This document shows positions 1 through 9,694 of a stretch of DNA of 64,000 nt, one piece after another. A program made the position numbers and the translations under genes. This DNA comes from an uncultured virus (IMG/VR IMGVR_UViG_3300008114_000018). Taxonomy: Duplodnaviria > Heunggongvirae > Uroviricota > Caudoviricetes. The notes below the pieces were generated by a model, which was given only the letters and a program-made list of their open reading frames with translations, searched no databases and had not been told where the DNA came from. Every line of letters begins with the position of its first letter. Positions within the stretch are counted from its first letter, which is position 1. The stretch lies in the IMG/VR virus record IMGVR_UViG_3300008114_000018. One strand, written 5' to 3'.

Positions 1-417
1 CAATCAGGAAACGCAGGTGGAAGTGGTCGTGCTGGAAATGGTGGTATTGGTTTACCAAATCCATTTACTGGAGAATATCTAGCTGGTGGAGGTGGCGGAT
101 CAGGAACGGATAATATTTATGGATTGAGTGGTGCTGGTGGATATGGTGGAGGTGGTGCTGGATATACCGGCAACTACAACGTTGGATCAACAGCCACTCC
201 AGGAACTACCGGTACTGGTGGAGGTGGAGGTGGCCTACATCAAGGAGGCGGAAACCAATATATAACAAACAATGCAGGCAATGGAGGTTCAGGAGTTGTA
301 ATATTGAGGTTCGCCGCTGCTATTACACCCACTACTGTAACAGGTAGTCCTACTATTACAACTGTAGGGAATTACAAAATTTATCGTTGGACCAACAATG
401 GTACAATAGTTTTTTAA
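1..417 (+). CDS. Glycine-rich virion/tail-associated protein, C-terminal part (5' truncated by the window)
   Basis: Frame is open from position 1; GGGGG repeats and a GGSGVVILRF...YKIYRWT C-terminus typical of phage Gly-rich structural proteins. Confidence 0.7.
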   Translation, partial: QSGNAGGSGRAGNGGIGLPNPFTGEYLAGGGGGSGTDNIYGLSGAGGYGGGGAGYTGNYNVGSTATPGTTGTGGGGGGLHQGGGNQYITNNAGNGGSGVVILRFAAAITPTTVTGSPTITTVGNYKIYRWTNNGTIVF

Positions 418-473
418 AATAAAAGTAGTATAAAATAATAATAAGATCCTTAACATAAAGGGGACGTAGCAAG

Positions 474-1253
474 ATGGATCCATTAACGCTATTTGCGTTA
501 GCTAATGGTGCGGTTAAACTTGTAAAGGAAGGATGTAAACTTTACAAGGACATTAAAGGGGCGGCTGGGGATGTTAAAGATGTCCTCAAAGACCTTGACG
601 ACCAATTTCATAACAAATTCAAAGACCGCGCTCCCACGGTAGCAGAAAAAAATCAATTCATACAAGAAAAAAATCGTATCATTGAACTGAATAAACAGTC
701 AGGTGATACTACCAATATATACACAGAAATAGGCCAGCAATTAGGCGCATACTTTGACAACTACTATAAGTGTAAGGCAATATTTGAAGAAGAAGAACGC
801 CGTAGTAAGACTGAAGTTTATCACGGAGAAGATAGCTTAGGTAAACGTGCATTACAACGTGTGCTTCTTAAAAAACAGCTTCAGCACATGGGCGAAGAAC
901 TGCGTGAAATCATGGTGTACAACAGTCCACCAGAACTAGGTGCTTTATGGACTGAAGTAAACGACATGATGGAAAAAGTCGGCAAGGAGCAAGCAGGTGC
1001 TATTGCCATAGAAATGCAACGCAACAGAGAATTGGCTAAGCAGAGAGCCAGACGCAATAAAAGAATAAAGTACAGAATATTGTGTTGGAGTTCAAGTAGT
1101 ATCGCTGTTCTTTATATATGTTGGTTAATGTGGGCGGTAGTGCAGGTGCGCATTGACAAACACCCTGAATTAGGCGTTTGTTTGTTACCCAAAGGTACTG
1201 CCATATATAAATGGTACAATAATTTAAAATGGATAGATTGCGAACCTAAATAA
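474..1253 (+). CDS. Hypothetical protein with coiled-coil region and C-terminal transmembrane helix
   Basis: 259-aa ORF; hydrophobic stretch near residues 203-223. Confidence 0.7.
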   Translation: MDPLTLFALANGAVKLVKEGCKLYKDIKGAAGDVKDVLKDLDDQFHNKFKDRAPTVAEKNQFIQEKNRIIELNKQSGDTTNIYTEIGQQLGAYFDNYYKCKAIFEEEERRSKTEVYHGEDSLGKRALQRVLLKKQLQHMGEELREIMVYNSPPELGALWTEVNDMMEKVGKEQAGAIAIEMQRNRELAKQRARRNKRIKYRILCWSSSSIAVLYICWLMWAVVQVRIDKHPELGVCLLPKGTAIYKWYNNLKWIDCEPK

Positions 1254-1270
1254 TTCAGCTAAATATTTAT

Positions 1271-1870
1271 ATGAAAATCTTTGAAGTTACAGAACCACAG
1301 CGTAGAATGCCCACTCTATATTTGGATATGGATGGCGTACAGGCAGACTTTTTTACTCAATGGGCCAATTGGTGGGGCAGAAAGACAGGCAACCCTGATG
1401 TTAAATGGTATAAGGACATAGGGGACAAGGCACAGAGAGAAATTTCAATTGAAACTATGCAAAAAGAAGGCCCTAACTTTGTATACGAATTTTTTGCTAC
1501 ACTTCCTGTATTATCGGGTGCTAGTGAATTATTGTCATATATAAGACAAAATAATTTACCCTGCACTATACTATCTGCCCCATTAAGATCACCTAAAGAA
1601 GATAAGAGTAAAGCAATTACACAAGCTAGTATTGAGGGTAAAAAGTATTGGCTCGCTCAACACGGCGTAGATTTTCCAGCTATATTTGACGGACAAAAAG
1701 ACAGATATGCTAAAAAAGGTGGTGACCCTAACGTACTAGTTGACGATCATAAGAAGTACATTTCAGCCTGGGACGCAGCTGGTGGCATAGGTATATTGCA
1801 TCGTTGGAATAATGTTGATAATACAATACAAGCATTAAACCAAGTATACAGTCAATTTTTAGCTAAATAA
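1271..1870 (+). CDS. HAD-family 5'(3')-deoxyribonucleotidase-like protein
   Basis: LYLDMDGV motif I and LVDD motif IV; TAAATA just upstream. Confidence 0.8.
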   Translation: MKIFEVTEPQRRMPTLYLDMDGVQADFFTQWANWWGRKTGNPDVKWYKDIGDKAQREISIETMQKEGPNFVYEFFATLPVLSGASELLSYIRQNNLPCTILSAPLRSPKEDKSKAITQASIEGKKYWLAQHGVDFPAIFDGQKDRYAKKGGDPNVLVDDHKKYISAWDAAGGIGILHRWNNVDNTIQALNQVYSQFLAK

Positions 1871-1890
1871 TATATTATTAAAGGCATATT

Positions 1891-2850
1891 ATGGACCGCG
1901 AATTTTTCAGAAAATATCTAGATATTATAAGTGAATCTAGCCCACCTCCTTCTGTGATGGAAGAAATTATTGACATTAACGATAGCTTTGACATAGAGTT
2001 AAATGAACACTTTGTGATAGAAACAGGTGTTGTTGGCTTCACAGAAGATGGTATCGTCATTGAAGCAGATGAAACTATATTAGGATTATTAGAAGTAAAC
2101 GATATTCTAACAGAAGATATAGGATTAGAAGAAACTAAGCCGGGTCTATGGGCTAACATACATGCTAAACGTGAGCGTATCAAACAAGGTTCAGGCGAGA
2201 AAATGCGTAAGCCTGGTAGTAAAGGTGCACCATCTGCACAAAACTTTAGGGATGCTGCTAAAGAAGGTGCAGGTGAGTACATGGACACTAAGCCATATAC
2301 TCCTAACACTAAATCAAGTCCACCTAAAATGGATACAAAGCCAGCAGAAGAAAAACCATTGCAAGGTAATCCAAAAGATTATATTACCAAAGAAGATCAA
2401 GGCATTAGTCAACGTGTAAGAAATGATGCGTTTGCAGAGTTAGACAAAATTAGAAGCGGTGGTACATCTGATTTAGAACAACAGGCTGATACTTTTAGAC
2501 AAAAGGCTCAGGCTGGTCAAGCAGGTAAGTCTACTAAGTGGAGTGAAATGTCTCCAGCACAACAAGAAGAATTACGTAGACAAGGTTTTGGTCCTCAAAA
2601 AACTACTAATGAAGCAGAATATCAAGGTCGTGAAGTTCCATTAGGTAAGCCAATGGCAGGTGATGTTAAGAAATCAAAAGTCTATGTTCGCAAACCAAAC
2701 GGTAAGGTCGTTAAAGTAAACTTCGGTGATAAGAACATGACAATTAAAAAGTCTAATCCCGCACGCCGTAAAAGTTTCAGAGCAAGACACAATTGCGAGA
2801 ATCCAGGACCACGTTGGAAGGCAAGATACTGGTCTTGCAGAGCCTGGTAA
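1891..2850 (+). CDS. Modular hypothetical protein, probably head-associated
   Basis: FFRKYLDIISE N-terminus; blocks GLWANIHAKRERIK and EAEYQGREV...RYWSCRAW resemble conserved T4-like phage hypotheticals. Confidence 0.65.
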   Translation: MDREFFRKYLDIISESSPPPSVMEEIIDINDSFDIELNEHFVIETGVVGFTEDGIVIEADETILGLLEVNDILTEDIGLEETKPGLWANIHAKRERIKQGSGEKMRKPGSKGAPSAQNFRDAAKEGAGEYMDTKPYTPNTKSSPPKMDTKPAEEKPLQGNPKDYITKEDQGISQRVRNDAFAELDKIRSGGTSDLEQQADTFRQKAQAGQAGKSTKWSEMSPAQQEELRRQGFGPQKTTNEAEYQGREVPLGKPMAGDVKKSKVYVRKPNGKVVKVNFGDKNMTIKKSNPARRKSFRARHNCENPGPRWKARYWSCRAW

Positions 2851-2863
2851 ATAGGAAAATATA

Positions 2864-4162
2864 ATGAGTGATTCAAAATTTTTTAGACAATATTTAGATA
2901 TATTAAATGAAGGCCCGCCCGCAGGTGTTGGTCCTAACGCACCAGTTAGACCTGTTGCACCTCAACAACCTGGGCAGCCCGATACCTTTACTAAAATGTT
3001 GCCTGGCATGGGTAACAAAGCTATAAATGCAGGAAAAGGACTAGTAGATCCCTATGCAAAAACTATGGCTAACTTCACACCAGGATCACCATATTATCAG
3101 CAGAATGTAGCCAATAATCCTGCAGTTAAGGCCAAAGTAGATGCATTTATGCAAACTGCTCCTACAGCCGGTCAGTTAGGTGCTAATATTGATGCAACAC
3201 AACAATCATTTAATAAAGCTTTGACACAAAAACCAACTGTCGGTGGTACTAGTGCAGAGTACGAAAAAGCCGCAGTACAAACTGGATTGCCTGCAGTACC
3301 GGCACCCACAACAGAAGAAAGAGATGATGATACAGATGATGGCAAATTAATGAGAAAGTATATGGACTTCTTAGACGAAGCTCCTATACAAGCTGTCAAT
3401 CCTAATGATCCTAATGCTGCTGCGTTTGGTAAAAAAATTAATGCACCAGCTCAAGCTACACCACAAGTTGCAGCTAATACAGGTCCTGCAACTGCTATAA
3501 ATCCTAATGATAAAAATGCTGCTGCATTTGGTAAACAGATTAATGCTCCTGCAGCAAATACACAAACTGCAACTACAACTCAAACACCAACCGCACAACC
3601 AGCAGCACATGTCGTAGACCCAAATCGTAAATATGGCGGTGGCTATGACCCTACCAAAGTGCAATATGCTTCTACAAGTAGTAACCCAACACAACCTAAC
3701 CCAGCGCCAGTTAAACAAAACACTGCTACTTCAGCTAATATGGGTGGTTACGCTCAATCAGCACAACCTAACCCTACACCACCTGCCAAATTAGCAGGTG
3801 GAACTACTAGTCAACAAACCAATAATCAAAGTAGTGGATACACTGCACAAAGTCAAGCACAAAACACTACGGCAGCGACTAATGCAGCAGCGCCAACATT
3901 TACGGGAATGGCAGGAAATACACAACCAACTACTGCACAATCTGGTTTAGCAGGTCAATATGTATCTGCTAATCAACCTCAAGCAGCTACCACAGCAGCT
4001 ACTCAGCCAACATCAGATGTATTAGCTACTCAAGCATTGCAATCGCAAGATCAAGGAGTCGCAGGTACATCAAAGGGTATACCAGCTGCATTTGGTCAAG
4101 TAGCAGAAGATGATGAAGATGATGTTGATCTAAAGAGAATTAGAGAACTGATTAGAAAATAA
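2864..4162 (+). CDS. Low-complexity Ala/Gln/Thr/Pro-rich protein, probable internal head protein
   Basis: FFRQYLDILNE and LMRKYMDFLDE motifs; internal NPND.NAAAFGK.INAPA duplication. Confidence 0.65.
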   Translation: MSDSKFFRQYLDILNEGPPAGVGPNAPVRPVAPQQPGQPDTFTKMLPGMGNKAINAGKGLVDPYAKTMANFTPGSPYYQQNVANNPAVKAKVDAFMQTAPTAGQLGANIDATQQSFNKALTQKPTVGGTSAEYEKAAVQTGLPAVPAPTTEERDDDTDDGKLMRKYMDFLDEAPIQAVNPNDPNAAAFGKKINAPAQATPQVAANTGPATAINPNDKNAAAFGKQINAPAANTQTATTTQTPTAQPAAHVVDPNRKYGGGYDPTKVQYASTSSNPTQPNPAPVKQNTATSANMGGYAQSAQPNPTPPAKLAGGTTSQQTNNQSSGYTAQSQAQNTTAATNAAAPTFTGMAGNTQPTTAQSGLAGQYVSANQPQAATTAATQPTSDVLATQALQSQDQGVAGTSKGIPAAFGQVAEDDEDDVDLKRIRELIRK

Positions 4163-4163
4163 C

Positions 4164-5129
4164 ATGCGAGCAAAAGAATTTATATTTGAAGCAGATAATA
4201 GAACGCCTAGAGAAAAATTTCTAGACCGTGTTATTGGTCCTGAAAGTGGCGGTAAGCTTGGTATACAAAATAAAAGAAGTGGTGCTCAGGGGTTATTTCA
4301 ATTCATGCCGGACACTTGGAAAGGAGTAGTAAAAAAAGCTAAACCAGGTGATCCACATTACGGTATGAGTTTTGATCAAATGAGACATAACGAAAAAGCT
4401 CAAAGGTCTGCAGCCGATCAGATAGCAAGAGAATATCAAACAGCAATCAAGCGACACGGTATGCCTGATACTCCTACAAGTTATTATTTGTTGCATGGTC
4501 ATGGACCTAAAGGTGTAGAAATCTTTAAGAATCCTGATAAGCAACTCAAAGATATTTATCCTGAGTATGTAAGAAATAAAGAAGGAAAGATGGTTAAAAA
4601 TATTGTATACAGACAAAATCCTAACTTTGATCCTAATCAAAGATTAAGGGACGTTGTCGCTAATACTGCTTCTAAAATGGGCGATAAAATTACTGATATG
4701 TATCCTACTACCAGTAAAACACAACTGGCTAAAAATGAGCCTCAACCTGTCAAAGAACCATCTACAATCGATAAGGTAAAGAAAAAAATTACCGATATTG
4801 GAACTAACGTGTTAGGTACCGTAGTAGGAGCTAAAGACGCACGTGCAGGTGAATTGCCGGCAGACACTAAAGCTAAACTACAACAACCAATAGAACCTAA
4901 AATCACAACGCAACAAACAATAGAACCGAAACCTATTAGTCAACAGCAACCAGAACCTAAACCTACACTGCAACAACCACAAACATACAAAGGTGGAATC
5001 GATCTTGATTTATTAAAACCAGAACCAAAAACTTATGGCGCTGGATATGATCCTAGTAAAGTTCAATATGCGTATGTAGATGGTAAACCTAATCCTGCTA
5101 TAAAAAATAAAAACGATTCGGGTAATTAA
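4164..5129 (+). CDS. Lytic transglycosylase (SLT-like) with Pro/Gln-rich tail
   Basis: ESGG...SGAQGLFQFMPDTW lysozyme-like motifs; MRAKEFIFEA N-terminus. Confidence 0.8.
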   Translation: MRAKEFIFEADNRTPREKFLDRVIGPESGGKLGIQNKRSGAQGLFQFMPDTWKGVVKKAKPGDPHYGMSFDQMRHNEKAQRSAADQIAREYQTAIKRHGMPDTPTSYYLLHGHGPKGVEIFKNPDKQLKDIYPEYVRNKEGKMVKNIVYRQNPNFDPNQRLRDVVANTASKMGDKITDMYPTTSKTQLAKNEPQPVKEPSTIDKVKKKITDIGTNVLGTVVGAKDARAGELPADTKAKLQQPIEPKITTQQTIEPKPISQQQPEPKPTLQQPQTYKGGIDLDLLKPEPKTYGAGYDPSKVQYAYVDGKPNPAIKNKNDSGN

Positions 5130-5133
5130 ATGA

Positions 5134-5162
5134 TTGACAACTCTTTACGAATTTTGTAAAAT
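5134..5162 (+). promoter_or_regulatory. Sigma70-type promoter
   Basis: TTGACA-17 nt-TAAAAT immediately before the ATG at 5168. Confidence 0.7.
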
Positions 5163-5167
5163 CATAT

Positions 5168-5353
5168 ATGCCTAGAAAAAAGAAAAATCTACCCAACAAA
5201 ACCTTTGAAGTAGTTACCAAACAAAATGTAAACGGTGATGTAATTTTGCCATTGCCTCCTGAGTTAATTAAAAAATTAAAATGGTCTGATGGTGACAATC
5301 TTGAATTTTGTGTGGGTAAAGATGGCAATTTTATTTTAAGGAAAACTAGCTAA
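5168..5353 (+). CDS. AbrB/MazE-like DNA-binding protein
   Basis: GDVILPLPPELIKKLKWSDGDNLEF swapped-hairpin pattern. Confidence 0.65.
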   Translation: MPRKKKNLPNKTFEVVTKQNVNGDVILPLPPELIKKLKWSDGDNLEFCVGKDGNFILRKTS

Positions 5354-5883
5354 TGGACGATATGAGCAGGAGTCAAATACCAAGTTTAACAAGTTCAGAT
5401 TTAAGCACCATCACATTATCTGATTTAGATACAATTACGATTGATAACACTATAGATACTTTTGATCTATCAGGTTTAGAACCTATCACAATAAATTTAA
5501 GTAATGTAGGTAGTGGTGGGTCAGGATACGCTAACACTTATTCTGGTTCAGGTGGTGCTGGAATATATTCATCACCGACACTTACTGGCAGTTATACAGT
5601 TCCAAGCACAGTATGGGCTACAAATATAGCACAGCCTACTATGACAACAAACAATGGTGTTACAACCATGACACAAGATGTTGAGATAAAAGGCAACTTA
5701 AAAGTTAACGGTAAAGACATAAATGGACTACTCGAAAGAATTGAAGAAAAACTAGCAATATATCAACCTGCACCTGAACTAGAAGAAAAATGGGAAGAAC
5801 TTAGAGAGTTGTCAAGAAGATACAAAGAGTTGGTCGCCGACATTAGAGAAAAAGAAAAGATTTGGGACATACTCAAAAAATAA
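5353..5883 (+). CDS. Hypothetical phage protein
   Basis: 176-aa ORF coupled to the upstream stop; C-terminal coiled coil. Confidence 0.65.
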   Translation: MDDMSRSQIPSLTSSDLSTITLSDLDTITIDNTIDTFDLSGLEPITINLSNVGSGGSGYANTYSGSGGAGIYSSPTLTGSYTVPSTVWATNIAQPTMTTNNGVTTMTQDVEIKGNLKVNGKDINGLLERIEEKLAIYQPAPELEEKWEELRELSRRYKELVADIREKEKIWDILKK

Positions 5884-5945
5884 TTGACAACAAATATGCT
5901 TTGTGATACTATAATAATACATTCAACTACCACAGTGTTATCATT

Positions 5946-6338
5946 ATGACAATGCATCTAGCACATCCTGCTCTGACTACTTTAGGCAAACGCAAGGGCA
6001 AGCAAAAGTTCGCAAGCTCCGAACAGAAGCGCAAGTTGCAATTGTTGCAACAAGACTGGGAACGCAAGCAACAAGAATGGCTCAAGATGAGCAACCCTGC
6101 ACTTGTTAACAAAAAGTCAACACCATCACGTAAGTTACCCAATCTATCAGTTCCAGCCGATCGTAGTACAAAACATATTCCCAGCGTTGACACAGGCATC
6201 AAAGGTGCAGTCAACGTCAAACAACCAATGCAATATACCGGTGACAAGATTATCGGTATCGGCACTATGCACAAGTCCAATGCAGTGCCCATCTTTAATG
6301 ATGAAGCAGCCAAGGACATTAGCAAGATGAGGAGATAA
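5946..6338 (+). CDS. Conserved T4-like phage hypothetical protein
   Basis: C-terminal [21 protein letters not shown] motif; TTGACA-17-TACTAT promoter at 5885. Confidence 0.65.
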   Translation: MTMHLAHPALTTLGKRKGKQKFASSEQKRKLQLLQQDWERKQQEWLKMSNPALVNKKSTPSRKLPNLSVPADRSTKHIPSVDTGIKGAVNVKQPMQYTGDKIIGIGTMHKSNAVPIFNDEAAKDISKMRR

Positions 6339-6348
6339 TTGCAACACG

Positions 6349-6564
6349 ATGGCTAAAGAAGAAGCATTAAAATTAGATGGTAAGGTAACTGATGTATTAC
6401 CTAACGCAATGTTCAGAGTACAATTAGAAACTGGACAAAATGTTATAGGTTACATTTCAGGTAAAATGCGTCAGCATGACATTAAAGTATTGCTCGGCGA
6501 TACAGTTGAATTAGAATTCAGCTTATATGACCTAACTCGCGGTAGAATAACACGCCGTCGATAA
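6349..6564 (+). CDS. infA: Translation initiation factor IF-1
   Basis: [27 protein letters not shown]...ISGKMR...RGRI, full-length IF-1. Confidence 0.95.
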   Translation: MAKEEALKLDGKVTDVLPNAMFRVQLETGQNVIGYISGKMRQHDIKVLLGDTVELEFSLYDLTRGRITRRR

Positions 6565-6583
6565 TCACACTAAATACTCTACA

Positions 6584-7135
6584 ATGTATGATATTGTAGA
6601 TAGAATAGACGAATCCCGAAGAAAATCAATTGAGTTGGAGCCACTCCGCTATTCCGACTCGGATCTCTCACCTGTAATTTCAAGCAAAACAATTGACTAT
6701 CATTATCATAACCTAGCTAAAGGTTATGCAAAAAGATATAAGAATAAAGAAGGTGATGATGACTTCAATTATGCAGGTGCTTTCTTGCATAATATCTACT
6801 TTGCACAATTTCGCAAACCTCAAGACAGTAATACACCCAACGGTCCTGTATTAAATTTAATAAGAAGAAAGTATGGGTATTGGCGTGACTTTAAAGAAGT
6901 TTTTAAAGAAGAAGCCATGAAGATACAGGGCAGTGGTTGGATATATCTGACCTACACAGGAGAGATAAAAACCATTGTCAATCATGAGGTTCGTAACGAT
7001 ATACTATTACTGATTGACTGGTGGGAACATTCGTATTTTCTTGATTATGGTCCTGATAAGAAAAGTTATCTTGACAATACTTGGAAAATTATTAATTGGG
7101 TACATATCAACACCCGTTGGGGTAAAAACTTATAG
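6584..7135 (+). CDS. Fe/Mn superoxide dismutase
   Basis: Metal ligands present (DYH, LHNIYF, DWWEHSY); GSGW motif. Confidence 0.9.
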   Translation: MYDIVDRIDESRRKSIELEPLRYSDSDLSPVISSKTIDYHYHNLAKGYAKRYKNKEGDDDFNYAGAFLHNIYFAQFRKPQDSNTPNGPVLNLIRRKYGYWRDFKEVFKEEAMKIQGSGWIYLTYTGEIKTIVNHEVRNDILLLIDWWEHSYFLDYGPDKKSYLDNTWKIINWVHINTRWGKNL

Positions 7136-7144
7136 GAAAATGTA

Positions 7145-7474
7145 ATGAATCTTAAAATTTCAGATAGCGTAATAAACAAAGTAAATGAATTAATTGCTGA
7201 AGAACAAAACCCAGATTTAAAACTTAGAGTGTTTGTCCAAGGAGGCGGGTGCAGTGGCTTTCAATATGGGTTCACTTTTGATGAAGTTATGAATGAAGAT
7301 GACTTTGAAATCCAAGCAGGGGAGTTAAAAGTGCTTGTGGATAGCATGTCTGCACAGTATCTCTATGAGGCTGAGATTGACTATACAGAAGATTTGCAGG
7401 GTGCCAGCTTCAAAATCAAGAACCCAAACGCTCAAACGACTTGTGGATGCGGATCTAGCTTTAATCCTTTCTGA
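7145..7474 (+). CDS. erpA: A-type Fe-S cluster carrier
   Basis: [15 protein letters not shown] and TCGCGSSF motifs. Confidence 0.9.
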   Translation: MNLKISDSVINKVNELIAEEQNPDLKLRVFVQGGGCSGFQYGFTFDEVMNEDDFEIQAGELKVLVDSMSAQYLYEAEIDYTEDLQGASFKIKNPNAQTTCGCGSSFNPF

Positions 7475-7498
7475 TAAATACTAGATAAGGGGTTATAG

Positions 7499-9637
7499 AT
7501 GGCTATTTCAGGACAAAAACTAGTCAATATAGGGATACAGAATCAAGCAAGCAACAGTGATTCCCTATATACTGCGTTTAATAAAATACAAGATAATTTT
7601 TCCAATCTGTTTGCTAAGGCGAGTCCTTACAATACATTCACAGGTAACATTGGAATCTCTACAGAAACTAATGAAGTTACTGGTACAGTAACAATAACCA
7701 ACACTGGTGTCACAAAAATAACTCCGGGTACCGGTATCACACTAAGTGGTAGCAACGGAGAAGTTGTTGTAAGTGTTTCTGGAAATGTCACAGGTAATCT
7801 AGTAGCTGGTGTAACAAGAGTTGGAGTATTAAGTAACAGTCTTACTGTATCAAACAACCAAATTGTCAGCACTGGTAACATTGAAATTGAAATGCCTAAG
7901 ACAGGCATTACTGCTGGTCAATATACAGCCCCAACTGTTACAGTAGATGAATACGGTCGTATCACAAATATTGCTAATACAATTAGCACGGGAACAGTTA
8001 CAAGTGTAGCGGTAGCTCCAGGTAATGGTATCGCAGTATCAGGTAGTCCAATCACAAGTGATGGTGTTATAACGATTGTTAACACAGGTGTTACACGATT
8101 AACTGCTGGCACAGGTATAACTTTAAGTGGTAGTAATGGTGCGGTTACTATTAGTGCCGGTATCACAAGAGACATAGGAACAGTAACTAGCGTAGGTATT
8201 TCTAGTAATACATTATCAGTTGCAGGTGGTAGAGTAACGACCTCAGGTAATATCATCGTAGAACTACCGGATAACTTAAGTGTTGTTGGTAACATTGATT
8301 CCAGAAATTTAATTTGGGATGAAGGTAACGCTAAAACTATAGCAAATAGTAAGTTTGAATCTACAATAGAAACACAATTAGGTAATGTTGGTACTATTAA
8401 AATTGCAGGTGGTACTAATGGTCAAGTATTGCAAACAGATGGAACTGGAAATCTGACATGGACAACATTACCAACACCTAATATTCCTGCAGCAGTAGTA
8501 GCAGGTGGTAGCAACACACAAATTCAATTTAATAATGGTGGCACGTTTAGCGGGCACTCTGGATTAACTTATAACAGAATCACAGGTAGATTAACAGCTA
8601 CCTCATTGAACGTAAATTCAGATTCAGTAATTACTGGTAACATTACCGTTAATGGTAATAACTCAGTAATCAATACCTTGGCAGTTCTTAATGGCGCTGA
8701 AGTTGATGGGAACGTCACGATAGGTGGTGCGGTAACAGCAAACGCATTAAACATTCTCGGTTCCGGTAGACTTACAGGTAATTTATCAGTTCAAGGATTT
8801 ATATCTGCTACCAAACCAATTACAGGAACAAATAATGCTCAAGTTGCTACAACATCATTTGTAGCAGAAGCAATTAATGTAGTAAACAACCAAAAAGCAA
8901 ATGTAAATAGTCCTGCTTTCAGTGGAGTACCAACAGCGCCTACAGCAAATACAGCAGGTGCCGGCACTACTCAAATTGCTACAACTGAATATGTAAAATC
9001 TGTAGTTAATAATACATTAATAAGCCCAGTAAGTGGATATGTGATTCCAAGTGGTGTTATAGTTATGTGGTCGGGTTCCATTGTAAACATTCCTAGTGGT
9101 TGGAAACTATGTGACGGTACTAATGGTACACCTAACTTACGTGATAGATTTGTATTAGGTGCAGGTGGTGCTTACGCGGTAGGTGCAACAGGTGGAAGTG
9201 CAAATGCTATAGTGCCAAGTCATACACACTCTGCTATTTCTACATTCACTGGATATAACTTACCTACTCATACTCACAACATTACAGACACAGGACATGA
9301 TCACCGCGTGAGAGATCCTGGTCACTATCATGACTTGAAGGGCGATCAAGGTACACAGTTTTATGCAATCAATGATAGAAATAATATCCCTAAAGACACT
9401 GGATCATTTAGAGCGCAGGGCCCTAGCGCAAGTCGTGATGCTCAATATTTACCTTTTACTAGCCCTACCTTTACTGGAATTGGCGTAGATAGAAATGCTA
9501 CAGGAATAACCATAAATGCTGCTAGTGCTGGCACACCAGGAGGTACTGTAGCAACAGTAATAGATTCTACCGGATCTAGTGTATCAAATGCAAATATGCC
9601 ACCGTATTACGCACTCTGCTTTATCATGAAAACCTAA
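7499..9637 (+). CDS. Tail fibre/baseplate fibre protein with C-terminal tail-collar domain
   Basis: IPSGVIVMWSG...GWKLCDGTNGTPNLRDRF collar motif; HTH repeats; NMPPYYALCFIMK end. Confidence 0.85.
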   Translation: MAISGQKLVNIGIQNQASNSDSLYTAFNKIQDNFSNLFAKASPYNTFTGNIGISTETNEVTGTVTITNTGVTKITPGTGITLSGSNGEVVVSVSGNVTGNLVAGVTRVGVLSNSLTVSNNQIVSTGNIEIEMPKTGITAGQYTAPTVTVDEYGRITNIANTISTGTVTSVAVAPGNGIAVSGSPITSDGVITIVNTGVTRLTAGTGITLSGSNGAVTISAGITRDIGTVTSVGISSNTLSVAGGRVTTSGNIIVELPDNLSVVGNIDSRNLIWDEGNAKTIANSKFESTIETQLGNVGTIKIAGGTNGQVLQTDGTGNLTWTTLPTPNIPAAVVAGGSNTQIQFNNGGTFSGHSGLTYNRITGRLTATSLNVNSDSVITGNITVNGNNSVINTLAVLNGAEVDGNVTIGGAVTANALNILGSGRLTGNLSVQGFISATKPITGTNNAQVATTSFVAEAINVVNNQKANVNSPAFSGVPTAPTANTAGAGTTQIATTEYVKSVVNNTLISPVSGYVIPSGVIVMWSGSIVNIPSGWKLCDGTNGTPNLRDRFVLGAGGAYAVGATGGSANAIVPSHTHSAISTFTGYNLPTHTHNITDTGHDHRVRDPGHYHDLKGDQGTQFYAINDRNNIPKDTGSFRAQGPSASRDAQYLPFTSPTFTGIGVDRNATGITINAASAGTPGGTVATVIDSTGSSVSNANMPPYYALCFIMKT

Positions 9638-9694
9638 TTTTTGGTGACTCTTTTTCCCTGTATTTTGATAAATACAGTATAAGGAGTCACTAAA

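Noticed and set aside
5168..5883. MazEF-like toxin-antitoxin pair
   Set aside because: The downstream ORF has no recognisable toxin fold or motif
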